Shown here piece after piece: positions 45,601 through 56,620 of a stretch of DNA of 64,000 nt; the first letter of the stretch is position 1; each line of letters begins with the position of its first letter. Both the position numbers and the translations under genes were made by a program. Under the pieces are notes generated by a model. It made no database searches, was not told where the DNA came from, and saw only the letters and a program-made list of their open reading frames with translations. Source of the stretch: an uncultured Gemmatimonadales bacterium (GTDB lineage Bacteria > Gemmatimonadota > Gemmatimonadetes > Gemmatimonadales > GWC2-71-9); assembly GCA_963844035.1 (NCBI GenBank), contig CAWJMT010000001.1, forward strand, positions 1 through 64,000. The letters are read 5' to 3'.

Positions 45601-45937
45601 CCGTCAGCGGCCGGAGACGGCGAAAGGGGTCGTCTTCGTGCTGCTCGAGGACGAGGCGGGAATGGTCAACGTCATCGTACGACCGGAGGTCTACGAGCGC
45701 GATCGCGTCGCCGTGCGCGGGGAGCCGTTTCTCTGGATCTCGGGCAGGTTGGCGAAGGATGACGGAGCGCTGAACGTGCTGGCGGAGGAGGTGACGGGGG
45801 CTGCAATGCGGAATGCGGAAGTGGGACGGGGAATGGGTAAGCCACCTCAGGATTCCGCACTCCGCACTCCGAATTCCCCATTCTCGTTTCTCAAGACCAT
45901 GCGCTCCGTCGCGCCGGAATCGAAGGACTGGGGGTGA
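42630..45937 (+). CDS. dnaE2: Error-prone DNA polymerase III alpha (DnaE2/ImuC; frameshifted, start uncertain)
   Basis: YAELHCHSAFSFLDGAS, GRGS, PDIDLDF, PRHVSQHVGG, KIDFLALGML, FQIESRAQ, GFPKSHA, NNQPMGFY, RQRPETAKGVVF. Confidence 0.93.
45805..45886. repeat. In-frame degenerate heptamer-repeat hairpin in the dnaE2 tail
   Basis: aatgcggaatgcggaagtggg ... attccgcactccgcactccgaattccccattctcg. Confidence 0.75.
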
Positions 45938-45979
45938 TCGAGGCTGGCGCGCGCGGCGGCCGGTGACAATGTTAGCGCC

Positions 45980-46954
45980 ATGCCGCGCTCCCTCACGCCG
46001 TTGGTGCGATGGGCCATTTCGCTCTCCCTTGCCGTCGCGTGCGGTCACTCGAAAGCACCCGAGCCCGCCCCCGTGGCGCCCGCGCAGCCCGCGCCGCCCC
46101 CGCCCGCGAAGATCGAGCTGCACGCCATGCGGGTGAATGGCACCGTGCTGTCCTACCGGCTCGCCGGCGACCAGGGGACGCCCGTCGTCTTCGTGCATGG
46201 CAGCTACGGCGACATGAACGACTGGAACACGCAGATCAACGCCTTCGCCCGCACGCACCGGGTGCTCGCGTACAGCCGGCGCTACCACCCGCCCAACCCG
46301 CCGCAGAACGACGGCCAGGTGTACTCCCCGCAGTTGCACGCCGACGACCTCGCGGCCCTGCTCGCGGTGCTCGGGCACAGTCCCGCGCACATCGTCGGCG
46401 CGGGCTACGGAGCCTACGTCGCGCTCGCCCTGGCCATCGAGCATCCCGAGCTGGTCCGCACCCTCGTGCTCGGAGAGCCGCCGGCGCTTCCGTTTCTCCT
46501 GCGCTCGCCCGCGGGCGACTCGCTACGGCGCGCCCTCATCGCCACCACCCTCGACCCGGCGCGCGCCGCATTCGCCCGCGGCGACTCGGTGGGCGCGCTC
46601 CGCCTGTTCGTGGACGGCATGGCCGACCGCCGGGGCTACTTTCGACAACCTCCCCCCGGCGATCCGCGCACGGCTCATCGCCCACTGCGTTCGAAATGCG
46701 GCGCGAGCTGCTCGCCGACCGCCAGCAATACCTGCCCGCACTCGAGTGCCCCGACCTCGAGACAACTGGCGATGCCGGTGCTGTTGCTCCAGGGAGAACG
46801 CAGCCCGCGGATGTTCCACGTGATCACGGCCGAGTTGGACCGCTGTCTCCAAAGCGACACCGTCATCACGATTCCGGGGGCCGGCCACGCCATCAACGAG
46901 TCGAATCCGGTCGTGTTCAATCAGACGGTGCTGCAGTATCTGGCGACGCATTAG
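45980..46954 (+). CDS. Alpha/beta hydrolase lipoprotein (frameshifted)
   Basis: Lipobox AVAC, PVVFVHG, YSRRYH, HIVGAGYG, IPGAGH. Confidence 0.8.
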   Translation: MPRSLTPLVRWAISLSLAVACGHSKAPEPAPVAPAQPAPPPPAKIELHAMRVNGTVLSYRLAGDQGTPVVFVHGSYGDMNDWNTQINAFARTHRVLAYSRRYHPPNPPQNDGQVYSPQLHADDLAALLAVLGHSPAHIVGAGYGAYVALALAIEHPELVRTLVLGEPPALPFLLRSPAGDSLRRALIATTLDPARAAFARGDSVGALRLFVDGMADRRGYFRQPPPGDPRTAHRPLRSKCGASCSPTASNTCPHSSAPTSRQLAMPVLLLQGERSPRMFHVITAELDRCLQSDTVITIPGAGHAINESNPVVFNQTVLQYLATH

Positions 46955-47038
46955 CCCCCGTGCGCGGCTGAAGCCGCGGCTCGGCACCTACCGCTAAAGC
47001 GGTCGTCGCCCGTTCACGGGCAGGGCCGAGCCGCGAGT

Positions 47039-47950
47039 TCACTCGCGCTCGGGGCCACCCATCCGATCCTCCCATTCGTCGATTGACCGCGGCCAGTCGT
47101 CCTTGAGCAGCCGTGACAGCGACCGGTCGGCGAACACCTTCCCGCCCGTCTGGCACGTGGCGCAGTAGTTCATTTCGTTCTCCGCATAGCGAACCCGCTG
47201 CACCGGCGAGCCGCACACGGGACATGGCTTGCGGTAGCGGCCGTGTACGGCCATCCCCTCGTGGAACGCGGTAACCTTGTCCGGAAATCCCTTCCCTGCT
47301 TCGGCGCGTAGCCTCTCGATCCACGCGGTGAGCGTGGCCCGCGTGGCCCCGTGCAGCCGATCGAGCTCCGCGTCGCTGGCGGTGGCCGTGAGGGTGAAGG
47401 GGGACAGTTTCGCGGCGTGGAGGATCTCGTCCGAATAGGCGTTGCCGATTCCGGAGACGAGGCGTGGGTCGGTGAGGGCGCGTTTCAGCGTGTGGTTTTC
47501 GCGGCGCAACGCCGCGCGAAACGTGGCCGCGTCGACCTCCAGGACCTCCAGCCCGCCCCGTTCGTGCTCGGCCAAACCAGCCTCGCCACGCGCCACATAC
47601 AGGGCTGCTCGCCGGCGCGTCCCCGCCTCAGTGAACAGCAGCGTGCCGGTCGGAAAATCGAATGCCGCGAGCCCGATCCGGCCGGGGATCGCCGCCCGGG
47701 GACGTTTCCAGCGCAGCCTGCCCGCGATCATGAGGTGGATGACCAGGTAGAGATCGGACTCGAGCCCGATCACGATCCGTTTCCCGAGACGGCGTAGTCC
47801 CGTCACCTTCCGTCCCGCGGCGTCGGCCACTGGCGGATCCACGCTGCGCAGCACGAAGGGACTCCCGATGCGCACGGCCTCGAGCCGCTGACCCAGGACG
47901 TGTGACCGCAATGCGTCCAGGTAGACAACGATGTCGGGCAGCTCGGGCAT
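47039..47950 (-). CDS. Fpg/Nei family DNA glycosylase
   Basis: MPELP N-terminus, RLGK, HLMIAG, GIGNAYSDE, zinc finger CPVC..YCATCQ. Confidence 0.93.
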   Translation of the reverse strand: MPELPDIVVYLDALRSHVLGQRLEAVRIGSPFVLRSVDPPVADAAGRKVTGLRRLGKRIVIGLESDLYLVIHLMIAGRLRWKRPRAAIPGRIGLAAFDFPTGTLLFTEAGTRRRAALYVARGEAGLAEHERGGLEVLEVDAATFRAALRRENHTLKRALTDPRLVSGIGNAYSDEILHAAKLSPFTLTATASDAELDRLHGATRATLTAWIERLRAEAGKGFPDKVTAFHEGMAVHGRYRKPCPVCGSPVQRVRYAENEMNYCATCQTGGKVFADRSLSRLLKDDWPRSIDEWEDRMGGPERE

Positions 47951-48067
47951 TCCGGAAACCTACCCCTTCACTCGGGTGTTACGACCCGTCAGCTTATCTC
48001 GTCCCACTGCTGGAACCCGAACCGGGGCGCGCGCCTTTAGAGGTACCAACAGCCCGGAGTGACCCCC

Positions 48068-48616
48068 ATGACTCAACATGAAGTAGCGACCCTCGCCGGC
48101 GGATGCTTCTGGTGCCTCGAGGCTGCCTTCTCCGAGCTACGGGGCGTGGAACGCGTTCAGTCGGGCTATGCGGGGGGTTCCGTCGCGAACCCGTCGTACG
48201 AAGCGGTCTGCACCGGCAAGACCGGACATGCCGAGGTCGTGCAAATCACCTTCGATCCGCAGCTGATCTCTTTCAGCGACCTATTGCACGTGTTCTTCAC
48301 GATCCACGATCCCACCACGCTGAACCAGCAGGGGGGCGACGTGGGCACGCAGTACCGCTCAGCGGTCTACTACCATTCGCCGGCCCAGAAGGCCGAGACC
48401 GAGCGGGTGATTCGGGAGCTCACAGCCGAGAAGGTGTGGGACGATCCGATCGTCACCGAGATCAAGCCACTGGAAACGTTCTATCCCGCGGAGGAGTACC
48501 ACCGCGACTACTATCGCCGCAATCCCAATCAGGGGTATTGCCGCGCCGTCATCGCACCCAAGGTCGCTAAGGTGCGCAAGGCGTACTTCGACCGACTGAA
48601 GCAACCGACGCCATGA
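48068..48616 (+). CDS. msrA: Peptide-methionine (S)-S-oxide reductase
   Basis: [30 protein letters not shown]. Confidence 0.96.
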   Translation: MTQHEVATLAGGCFWCLEAAFSELRGVERVQSGYAGGSVANPSYEAVCTGKTGHAEVVQITFDPQLISFSDLLHVFFTIHDPTTLNQQGGDVGTQYRSAVYYHSPAQKAETERVIRELTAEKVWDDPIVTEIKPLETFYPAEEYHRDYYRRNPNQGYCRAVIAPKVAKVRKAYFDRLKQPTP

Positions 48617-48799
48617 GCCCATGGTCGAGCATGGACGAAACTCGACGCCGTGGTGTCCGGCCAATTCCGAATCACTCTGAATGGTCACGCGGTCGTGCTG
48701 GAAGCGGGAGACTGTATTGCGGTGCCGCGTGGTGCGCCCCACTCGGCCGCGGTCGTGGGTGACGAGGACGTCGTCAGCCTGGACGCGACTCGCGGCTGA
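48613..48799 (+). pseudogene. Internally truncated cupin-domain gene
   Basis: Manual translation KLDAVVSGQFRITLNGHAVVLEAGDCIAVPRGAPHSAAVVG (second cupin motif); first HxH motif absent. Confidence 0.55.
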
Positions 48800-48908
48800 C
48801 CCGCGCGGGTTCCGAGGTAGGCTCCCGCCAGATCGGCAGTACCCCCTCTTTGGATGGATTGCGGCACCGCAGGGTGCCGCGGTTGCTTTCGCCAAAGGGG
48901 AGGTGTCG

Positions 48909-49916
48909 ATGGAAATGACTGTTCAGGAAATAGAGCGAAGAAACGCCGCCACGTGGCGGACCCGCCTGGCCCCGTACGTCGTACCAAATCTGAAGCGCAG
49001 CATCGTCGAGCTCGTGACCGGCACGGTTCTGTTCGCTGGCGCCTGGATCTTGATGTACGCCAGTCTTGCAGTGAGCTACTGGGTGACCCTGGCCCTGGCG
49101 GTGCCGACCGCGTTTCTGCTCATCCGGCTATTCATCATCCAGCACGACTGCGGGCACGGCTCGTTCTTCCGCTCGAGCCGCACGGCGGAGGTCGTTGGGT
49201 CGATCCTCGGGGTGTTTACCCTGACGCCGTATCACTTCTGGCGGAAATCCCACGCGATACATCACGCGACCAATGGGAACCTCGAGCGCCGCGGATTCGG
49301 CGACATCAAGACGCTGACCGTGGACGAGTACTCCGCGCTCTCACGCTGGCCGCGGTTCTGGTACCGCGTGTACCGCCACCCCGCCGTACTGTTCGGCATC
49401 GGGGCGGTGCTGCAGTTCTTCGTGATGTACCGTCTTCCCGGCACGGTCCCGAAGACCTGGACACGTGCGCGGCTCAGCATCCTGTGGACCGACGTCGGGC
49501 TGGCGGCTGTGATCGTACTCATGGGCAGTCTGATCGGCTTCCGGGCGCTCCTGCTCGTGCACCTGCCGGTGGCGCTCCTGTCCGCGACGATCGGCGTGTT
49601 CCTCTTTTACGTCCAGCACCAATTCGAGCCGACGTATTGGGAGAACAACGCAAACTGGGTGTACGACGACGCCGCGCTGCTCGGGAGCTCGTACTACCAA
49701 CTCCCGAAACTGTTGCAATGGGCCACCGGGAACATCGGCCTCCATCACATCCACCACCTCAACGCACTCATCCCGAACTACCGCCTGCAAGCCGCGATGG
49801 ACCGTTATCCTGAATTGCGACAGGTGGCAACGCTGACCATGAAAGAGAGCTTCCGGTGTGTGCGGCTGGTGTTGTGGGACGAGCGGGCGAAAAAGCTGGT
49901 GCCGTTTCCGCGTTAG
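48909..49916 (+). CDS. Membrane fatty acid desaturase (DesA/Des-like)
   Basis: His boxes HDCGH, HAIHH, HHIHH; GAGGTG RBS. Confidence 0.92.
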   Translation: MEMTVQEIERRNAATWRTRLAPYVVPNLKRSIVELVTGTVLFAGAWILMYASLAVSYWVTLALAVPTAFLLIRLFIIQHDCGHGSFFRSSRTAEVVGSILGVFTLTPYHFWRKSHAIHHATNGNLERRGFGDIKTLTVDEYSALSRWPRFWYRVYRHPAVLFGIGAVLQFFVMYRLPGTVPKTWTRARLSILWTDVGLAAVIVLMGSLIGFRALLLVHLPVALLSATIGVFLFYVQHQFEPTYWENNANWVYDDAALLGSSYYQLPKLLQWATGNIGLHHIHHLNALIPNYRLQAAMDRYPELRQVATLTMKESFRCVRLVLWDERAKKLVPFPR

Positions 49917-52900
49917 GCGCCTGCCCGGCTCTTTCCGAGATAGGTGCGAACGAGTGGGGCCGCCCGCCGGCGTATCAGCACCGCTTTGAGCTGCTCGGCT
50001 TCCTCGGGCGCTACTTCGATCAAGAATCTCTCGCGCTTCCCTTCCCCCTCCTTCACCGCAACCGGAATGCCGTCGCGATAGAGAATCCGGTTGGTCGCCA
50101 CGGCGGCCACGGTGTCGCCGGGCGTGATGATGCCGGCGAGATTGAGCGGGTCTGCCCCGCTCAATGCTACGACCTCACCACGGGCCTCGTCGCGGCGCAC
50201 CGCGCGCAGTAGCCCGACCGCTTCAGTGAGCGCGTACTGCTCGCCCGAGAATCCGCCCACGAAACGCCCACCCCGAATTTCGCCGCGCGCCTCGAGCCGG
50301 CGATACGCGCGCAGGATGTCACGCCAGGGTGCCAGCAGGGATTCACGCGCGACCAGCCGGCGGAACACGACGCCGTAGCGCCGCAGCAGCTGCCAGGCGA
50401 CCGCCTCGGCGAGCTGCTCGTCGGACAAGAGGGAGCCGCGCCGCACTCGGGACCAACGGCCGGCGGTCTCGATCCCGAACGGCGCTGACCGGCCGCGGCG
50501 CCCGAACCCGCCGATCGGACGCCGCCGTTGCGACGGCACCAGGAGCGCGCGCAATCCGGCGAAGCTGTCCGACGTCACGAGCCCCCACGCCACCAGCTCG
50601 CCGAGGCCCTTTTCGACTTCGGTCCGCAACAGCCCGGTGGCGTTCACGAGGTCGCCAAAGAACGACGCGCCGCGCTGGTCCAGCGTATCCAGCACCGCGC
50701 GCCCCGAATGCGACAGTGGCAGCGCCGTTGCGTCGGGCTGAGCCGAGAGGGCCCGCCAGATGTCGCCCCGCTCGCGCTTGAAGAGCGCCGTGGGCGTCGC
50801 GCGAATCGGCCCCGACTTGTGCCCCTGCGACGGCGGGGCGGCCGACAACCGACCCCAGGCGACCGCTCCCGACAGGCACAGACCGTCCAACCACAGGGGA
50901 TCGTAGTCCTCGAGGCGGGCCGGCAGCACGTCCGTTTCCCAGGCCCCCGCTGGTACTTCGTACCCATCGAGCAGCTCGAGCACCGCGGTCAGGCCGTCGG
51001 GTCCCTCCGCGCGGGCGCCCGGGGCCACGCGCTGCCAGCGGAACAAGAAACGCATGAAGTCTGCCGCCGAGACCGGCTCGATCTCCTGACGCAGACGATC
51101 GAGGGTGTAGCGATGCACGCGGGCGAGCAGCCGCCGCTCGCACCATTCCAACTCGCTGCGCCCGGGTGTGAACCGCCCGCGCAGCACGAACCCTTCGTGC
51201 TCCAATGCGCCGAGTGCGAAGTCGATGTCGCCGGTCGCCACGCCCAGCGAGGCGGCGAGCTCCGCGGCGGTGGTGGGTCCCACCGCTTCGAGGCGGCCGC
51301 GAACCAGCTCACGCAGCCCGTCTTCACGCGTCCACACCTTCGCCCGATCGTGCGCCGGCGCTACAAGGAGCGACTCGGTGCGGGTACTCGGGAACACGGC
51401 CTCGATCAACGGCAGCCGCTCGGCCGCGACCCACAGCCGCGGCTCGTGCGTCAGGACTCCCGCGCGGCCGGCGCGTGACGAGCGCTTGGAAGTACCCATC
51501 CCACTTCCCCCTTCCCCCTTCCCCCTCGGTCACCGCTCCCACGATCAGTAGTGCGTCGTGCAGCTCATCAGCGCTCCGAGGATCCGGCCACGCCTCGTCC
51601 TTGACCCGATCGATCGCCGCCTGGTCGAGTCTCCCGAATTCCTCCGCCGTCTTGGTATCGAGCCCGCGCCGCGTAATCACCGCCTGCGTGCGCCGCTCCT
51701 CGAGCGGCGCGTCATCCAGGAACGCATAGGGCTTGGCGTTCAACACTTCGTGAGCGAGGGGCGAGGGCTCGGGGGTGTCGCGCGCGATCAATTGGAAATC
51801 GCCGGCGGTCATCGCCTCGAGCACGCGCTTCAACCCGGGGAAGTCCATCGCCTCGAGGAGACAGTCCTCAATCGTCTGCTTCACCAATGGATGGTCCGGG
51901 ATCTCACGATCGCCGACGAGGTTCTCGGGGCACGCCAGCTGGTCGGGGAACACCGCCGCCACGAGATCTTCGGCGTCCATCCGCTGCAGCGGCGTGGGCA
52001 CTTTCTTCCCACCGCGCGAGCGAAGCACGGCGAGCGCCCGGGTCGCGTTCCAGCGCCAGCGGGTGCCGAACATGGGCGCGTCCAGCATCGCCTGCACGAG
52101 CAGGTGCTCTGCCGTCTCGGGCCTCAGATACTGGAACACGTCGGCCAGCGGGAAGCTGTGCTGGGCGCCGAGCGACAGCACGATCGCATCCTCGGTGGCC
52201 GCCGCCTGCAGCTCGAAGTTGAAGCTGCGGCAGAAGCGCTTGCGCAACGCCAGGCCCCACGCGCGGTTGATCCGGCTGCCGAACGGAGCGTGCAGGACGA
52301 GCTGCATGCCCCCCGCTTCATCGAAGAAGCGCTCCAACACCAGCGTCCGCTGGGTGGGGATGACGCCCAGAATCCGCTGCGACGCCGCGAGATATTCGAC
52401 GATCTGACGGGCCGCCTCTTCGGCCACGCCCACGTCGGTGACGAGCCAGGCGATCGCACCGGCGGGATCGCTCAGGCGGTCGGCGATGTCTTGCCGCAGG
52501 CGCGACACCTCTTCTGACAGCTCGGCGGTGCGCGACGGGGCCTCGCCGAGCCAGAAGGGGATCGACGGCGGCTGGCCCTGCGCGTCAGCGACCCGCACCT
52601 GGCCCGACTCCACCTTGCGAATGAGATACGAGCTGTTGCCGAGCTGGAAGATGTCGCCCGGTGTACTCTCGATCGCGAAGTCCTCGTTGAGGGTGCCCAC
52701 GAACGTCTCAGTGGGCTCGAGGATCACGCGGTAGTCGCCGATGTCGGGAATCGCGCCCCCGGATGTGAGCGCAGCCAGGCGCGCCCCCCGCCGGCCGCGC
52801 AGTCTCCCGTTGACGCCGTCGAAATGCACGTAGGCGCCGCGCCGACCCCGCCGGGTGGTGAACCCGTCGGACAGCATGCGCACCACGTCGTCGAAATCCT

Positions 52901-54227
52901 TGCGGGAGAGGTCGCGGTACGGGTACGCGCCCCGCACCAGGTCGAACAGCGCCTCCTCACTCCAATCGTCGCAGGCCGTGGCGGCCACCACCTGCTGCGC
53001 CAGGATGTCGAGCGGCCGGTCGGGGATGATCAACCGGTCGAGCAGCTGGCCGCGCGCGGCCCGCACCAGCGCGGCGCACTCGATCAGTTCGTCTCTCGAC
53101 AGAGGGAAGAGGCGGCCCTTGGGAATGGCACCCAAGTGATGGCCGGAACGCCCCACGCGCTGCAGCAGCGTCGATATCGACCGCGTCGAGCCGATCTGAC
53201 AGACTAAGTCGACGGTGCCGATGTCGATCCCCAGCTCGAGCGAGGCCGTGGCGACGAGCGCCTTGAGCTTGCCTTCCTTGAGCCGGGTCTCCGCATCGAG
53301 CCGCTTCTCTTTCGACAGGCTGCCGTGGTGCGACGTCACGTGCTCGGCCCCGATGCGCTCCGACAGGTGCATGGTCACCCGCTCGGCGAGCCGGCGCGTA
53401 TTCACGAACACGAGCGTGGTCCGGTGCTCGGCGATCAGCCGGGCCAGCCGTTCGTACAGCTCGTCCCACACCTCTCCCGCCATCACGGCTTCGAGCGGTG
53501 ACGAGGGGATCTCGATCGCCAAATCGCGCGCGCGCGCGTGTCCGGAATCGATGATCGCCGGTTCCGGACGGCGGGAACCAGCGAGGAAACGCCCGATCTC
53601 TTCGATCGGCCGCTGGGTGGCGGACAAACCGATCCGCTGCAGCGGATGCCCGGTGAGTGCGGCGAGCCGCTCCAGCGAGAGCGCGAGATGGCTCCCGCGC
53701 TTGTCCCGGGCCACGGCGTGAATCTCGTCCACGATCACCGTGCGCACGGTGCGCAGTATCTCGCGCGCGCGCTCGGATGTGAGAACCAGGAAGAGGGACT
53801 CGGGCGTCGTGACCAGGATGTGCGGCGGGCGCCGCACCATCGCCTGGCGCTCCGCCCCCGGCGTGTCGCCGGTACGCACCAAGGTGCGAAGGTCTACGTC
53901 GGGGAGGCACAGCTCCGCGAGGGTCGCTCGAATCCCGGCGAGCGGCTCGGCGAGGTTCTTCTGAACGTCGTTCGACAGGGCCTTGAGCGGTGAGACGTAC
54001 AGCACCTGCACTTCGTCACGCAGCGTGCCGTCCAACCCCTGGCGCAACAATGAATCGATGGCGGCGAGGAAGGCGGCGAAGGTCTTGCCGGACCCCGTGG
54101 GCGCCGCGATGAGCGCATCGCGGCCCGATTGGATGACGGGCCAGGCGCGGCGCTGCGGCTCGGTCGGGTCGGGGAATCGCGCCTGGAACCACTGCGCGAC
54201 GGCAGGGTGAAAACCGGACAGCGGCAT
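49913..54227 (-). CDS. lhr: Long Lhr-family ATP-dependent helicase with C-terminal HTH_42 region (frameshift ~51470)
   Basis: [41 protein letters not shown]-terminal [14 protein letters not shown]. Confidence 0.92.
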
Positions 54228-54240
54228 CGCTCGAATACTA

Positions 54241-55443
54241 CTACACGCCCGTCTCCAGGGGCACGCCGCGGGTCGCGGCGATTCGCTCGATCGTCTCGCC
54301 GATCTTGTTGTTGGGGGTCGACGCGCCGGCCGTGACGCCAATCGTGATCTGCCCCGGGGGCAGCCAGGCAGCGAGCTCTGCCTCGTCATGCGTGCCCGCT
54401 GGGCGGTACCGGACTGTGCCGGCCTCGGAGTCAATGCAGGCGGCGTCTTCGATATGGTACGTGGGGACGCGCTGCGCGCAGATCGCGGCCAGGTGGGCGG
54501 TGTTGCTCGAATTGTAACCGCCGATCACCACCATCAGGTCCAACGGTTGGGCAATCAGCTTCAGGACGGCGTCCTGGCGGTCCTGCGTGGCCGAGCAGAT
54601 CGTGTCGAAGGTACGGAAATGCTCGGCGAGGGCGGCTTGGCCATACCGCGCGACCATACTCTTGCGCACCTCGCCGGCGATGGCGAGCGACTCACCGGAC
54701 AGCATCGTGGTCTGGTTCGCGACCCCCACGCGCACCAGATCCCGCTCGGGATCGAAACCCGGCGACAGCTTGTCCGCGAACCGCTCGAGAAGCTCCTTCG
54801 CGCCGCCCCGGCCCTCCACGTACGCACACACGACGTGCGCCTCGTCCATGTCACGCACGACGAGGTACCGTCCGGCCGGGTACTTGGTGACCTGGCTGGC
54901 GGTCGCCTTCGTCTCCTCGTGGTAGAACTTTCCGTGGATGAGGGCGGTGAAACCGTCACGTGCGTATGACTCGACCCGCTTCCAGACGTTCAGGACCGAC
55001 CCGCAGGTGGTGTCCACGAGCACGCAACCGATGGCGCGCAGCCGGTCCAAGTCCTGGACGGTGACCCCGAACGCGGGAAGAATCACAACGTCGCCCGGCG
55101 TCACCACTCCGAAATCGAAATCGGTGCCTTCCGGATGATGGAGGCATTCCACCCCCATGTCGTGGAGCTTCGCGTTCACGTGCGGGTTGTGGATGATCTC
55201 CCCGACCAGGAAGATGCGTTGCGTGGGGAACTTGGTGCGGGTCTCGTAGGCGTATTCTACGGCCCGGTCCACGCCGTAGCAGAAGCCGAATTCGCCGGCC
55301 AGTTTGAACGTCAGGTCGCCGGCGACGAGGGCATATCCGCGCCCGCGAATCTGGTCTACGAGGCGGCTGTGGTAGTCGGCCGCGAGCGCGCCTTCGATGA
55401 CGCCCTTGAGGCCAAATCCCCGGCGGAAATAGGTCTGTTCCAC
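54241..55443 (-). CDS. ispH: 4-hydroxy-3-methylbut-2-enyl diphosphate reductase
   Basis: [45 protein letters not shown]. Confidence 0.95.
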   Translation of the reverse strand: MEQTYFRRGFGLKGVIEGALAADYHSRLVDQIRGRGYALVAGDLTFKLAGEFGFCYGVDRAVEYAYETRTKFPTQRIFLVGEIIHNPHVNAKLHDMGVECLHHPEGTDFDFGVVTPGDVVILPAFGVTVQDLDRLRAIGCVLVDTTCGSVLNVWKRVESYARDGFTALIHGKFYHEETKATASQVTKYPAGRYLVVRDMDEAHVVCAYVEGRGGAKELLERFADKLSPGFDPERDLVRVGVANQTTMLSGESLAIAGEVRKSMVARYGQAALAEHFRTFDTICSATQDRQDAVLKLIAQPLDLMVVIGGYNSSNTAHLAAICAQRVPTYHIEDAACIDSEAGTVRYRPAGTHDEAELAAWLPPGQITIGVTAGASTPNNKIGETIERIAATRGVPLETGV

Positions 55444-55481
55444 GGGTGGCAATCTAACCGCAAGCCCGGCCCTGCGGGCCC

Positions 55482-55980
55482 TTAGGACGCGAGCTGCACG
55501 TGGCAGGAGAGGGTATCGGGCGCCACCGGAACCGCGTCGAACGTGGCGTCGAGCAGCACGCGCTGGCCGACCACGGGGTCGAGCCCCGACCCTCGAACCC
55601 GTACGTCCTTCCGGCCGGTCCCCGCGGAGACGGTCACCTCACCGCTGTCGAGCGTCACGCCGCGCTCGGCATTCGTGCGGGTGACAAACCGCACCGCCGC
55701 CATGGCACCGCGCCGCGTCGTGGAGTCGCCGCGCGCCAGCATTCGATAGGTCCCCCCCACCACCGTGTCGCCGGAGCGTATCCAGAGCAGGACGCCGCTT
55801 CCGCGTATTGCGCCCTCCACGACGACGCCGCGCCCTTCGCCACAGGAGTGCGCCGATGCGTCGCTCGAGAATTGGAGCGTGTCGTGCGTCTGCAGGATGA
55901 CCTGGGCGCTGAGACGGCCGGGCGTTGGGGCCCGGCAGCTGCATGCGATCAGGAGAACAAAAGGGAGGAAGGCTCTCAGG
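55482..55980 (-). CDS. Hypothetical lipoprotein (frameshifted)
   Basis: Hydrophobic N-terminus ending LIAC; continuation in ORF 55482-55820. Confidence 0.35.
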
Positions 55981-56036
55981 TCAAAAAAGCTAGGTCATGA
56001 CCTTGTGAGCCGCCAGGACGCGCTACGGAAACGGAG

Positions 56037-56541
56037 CTAGGAGTGCGAGCCGCCCGACCGCCCATTCCCGGGCCGGAGGCCATACGCCCTCAACCGACGC
56101 CACAGGGTCGTGCGACTGATTCCCAGACGACGCGCGGTTTCGGCGAGCCTGCCGTGCGTGCCCTGCAGGGTGTCGACGATCGCCTGACGTTCGCGGTCGG
56201 CCAACGTGCGGGGCTGGTCGGCGCCGGCAGGGAGGAAGACCACCTCTCCCAGACTCGACGTCCCGGCGCGGAGCGGAGAGACTCGTCCTCCGAGCGCCAC
56301 CAGACGAGGCCGGAGCGAGTCCGCCCGCTGCGTCGTCCAGTCTCCATCGAGGCCCACCGACTCGCCGTGCCAGCCCGTTGGCGTAAACGACGCGACCGTG
56401 GGTGTCGAACACGACGATCCCGCTCCCCAACGATTCCATCACCGCCTGGCCAAGAGGCGGTAGCGATGCCGGGGGGGGCAGCGTAGAGGTCTTTTCTCGT
56501 GAAGGCATTTGTGCTGTTGAGATACTCTGATTGAGGTACAA
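56037..56541 (-). CDS. PAS-like plus Fis-type HTH regulator (frameshift ~56360)
   Basis: SGIVVFDTHGRVVYANGLA; TLADRERQAIVDTL..ETARRLGISRTTLWRRL. Confidence 0.75.
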
Positions 56542-56620
56542 GGTTTCACTCCCGGCCAGGGTAGCCTACACGCCTATACGTAGGAGACCCGGGAAACGCT
56601 GGTGGCGTCACGCCCCCAGG

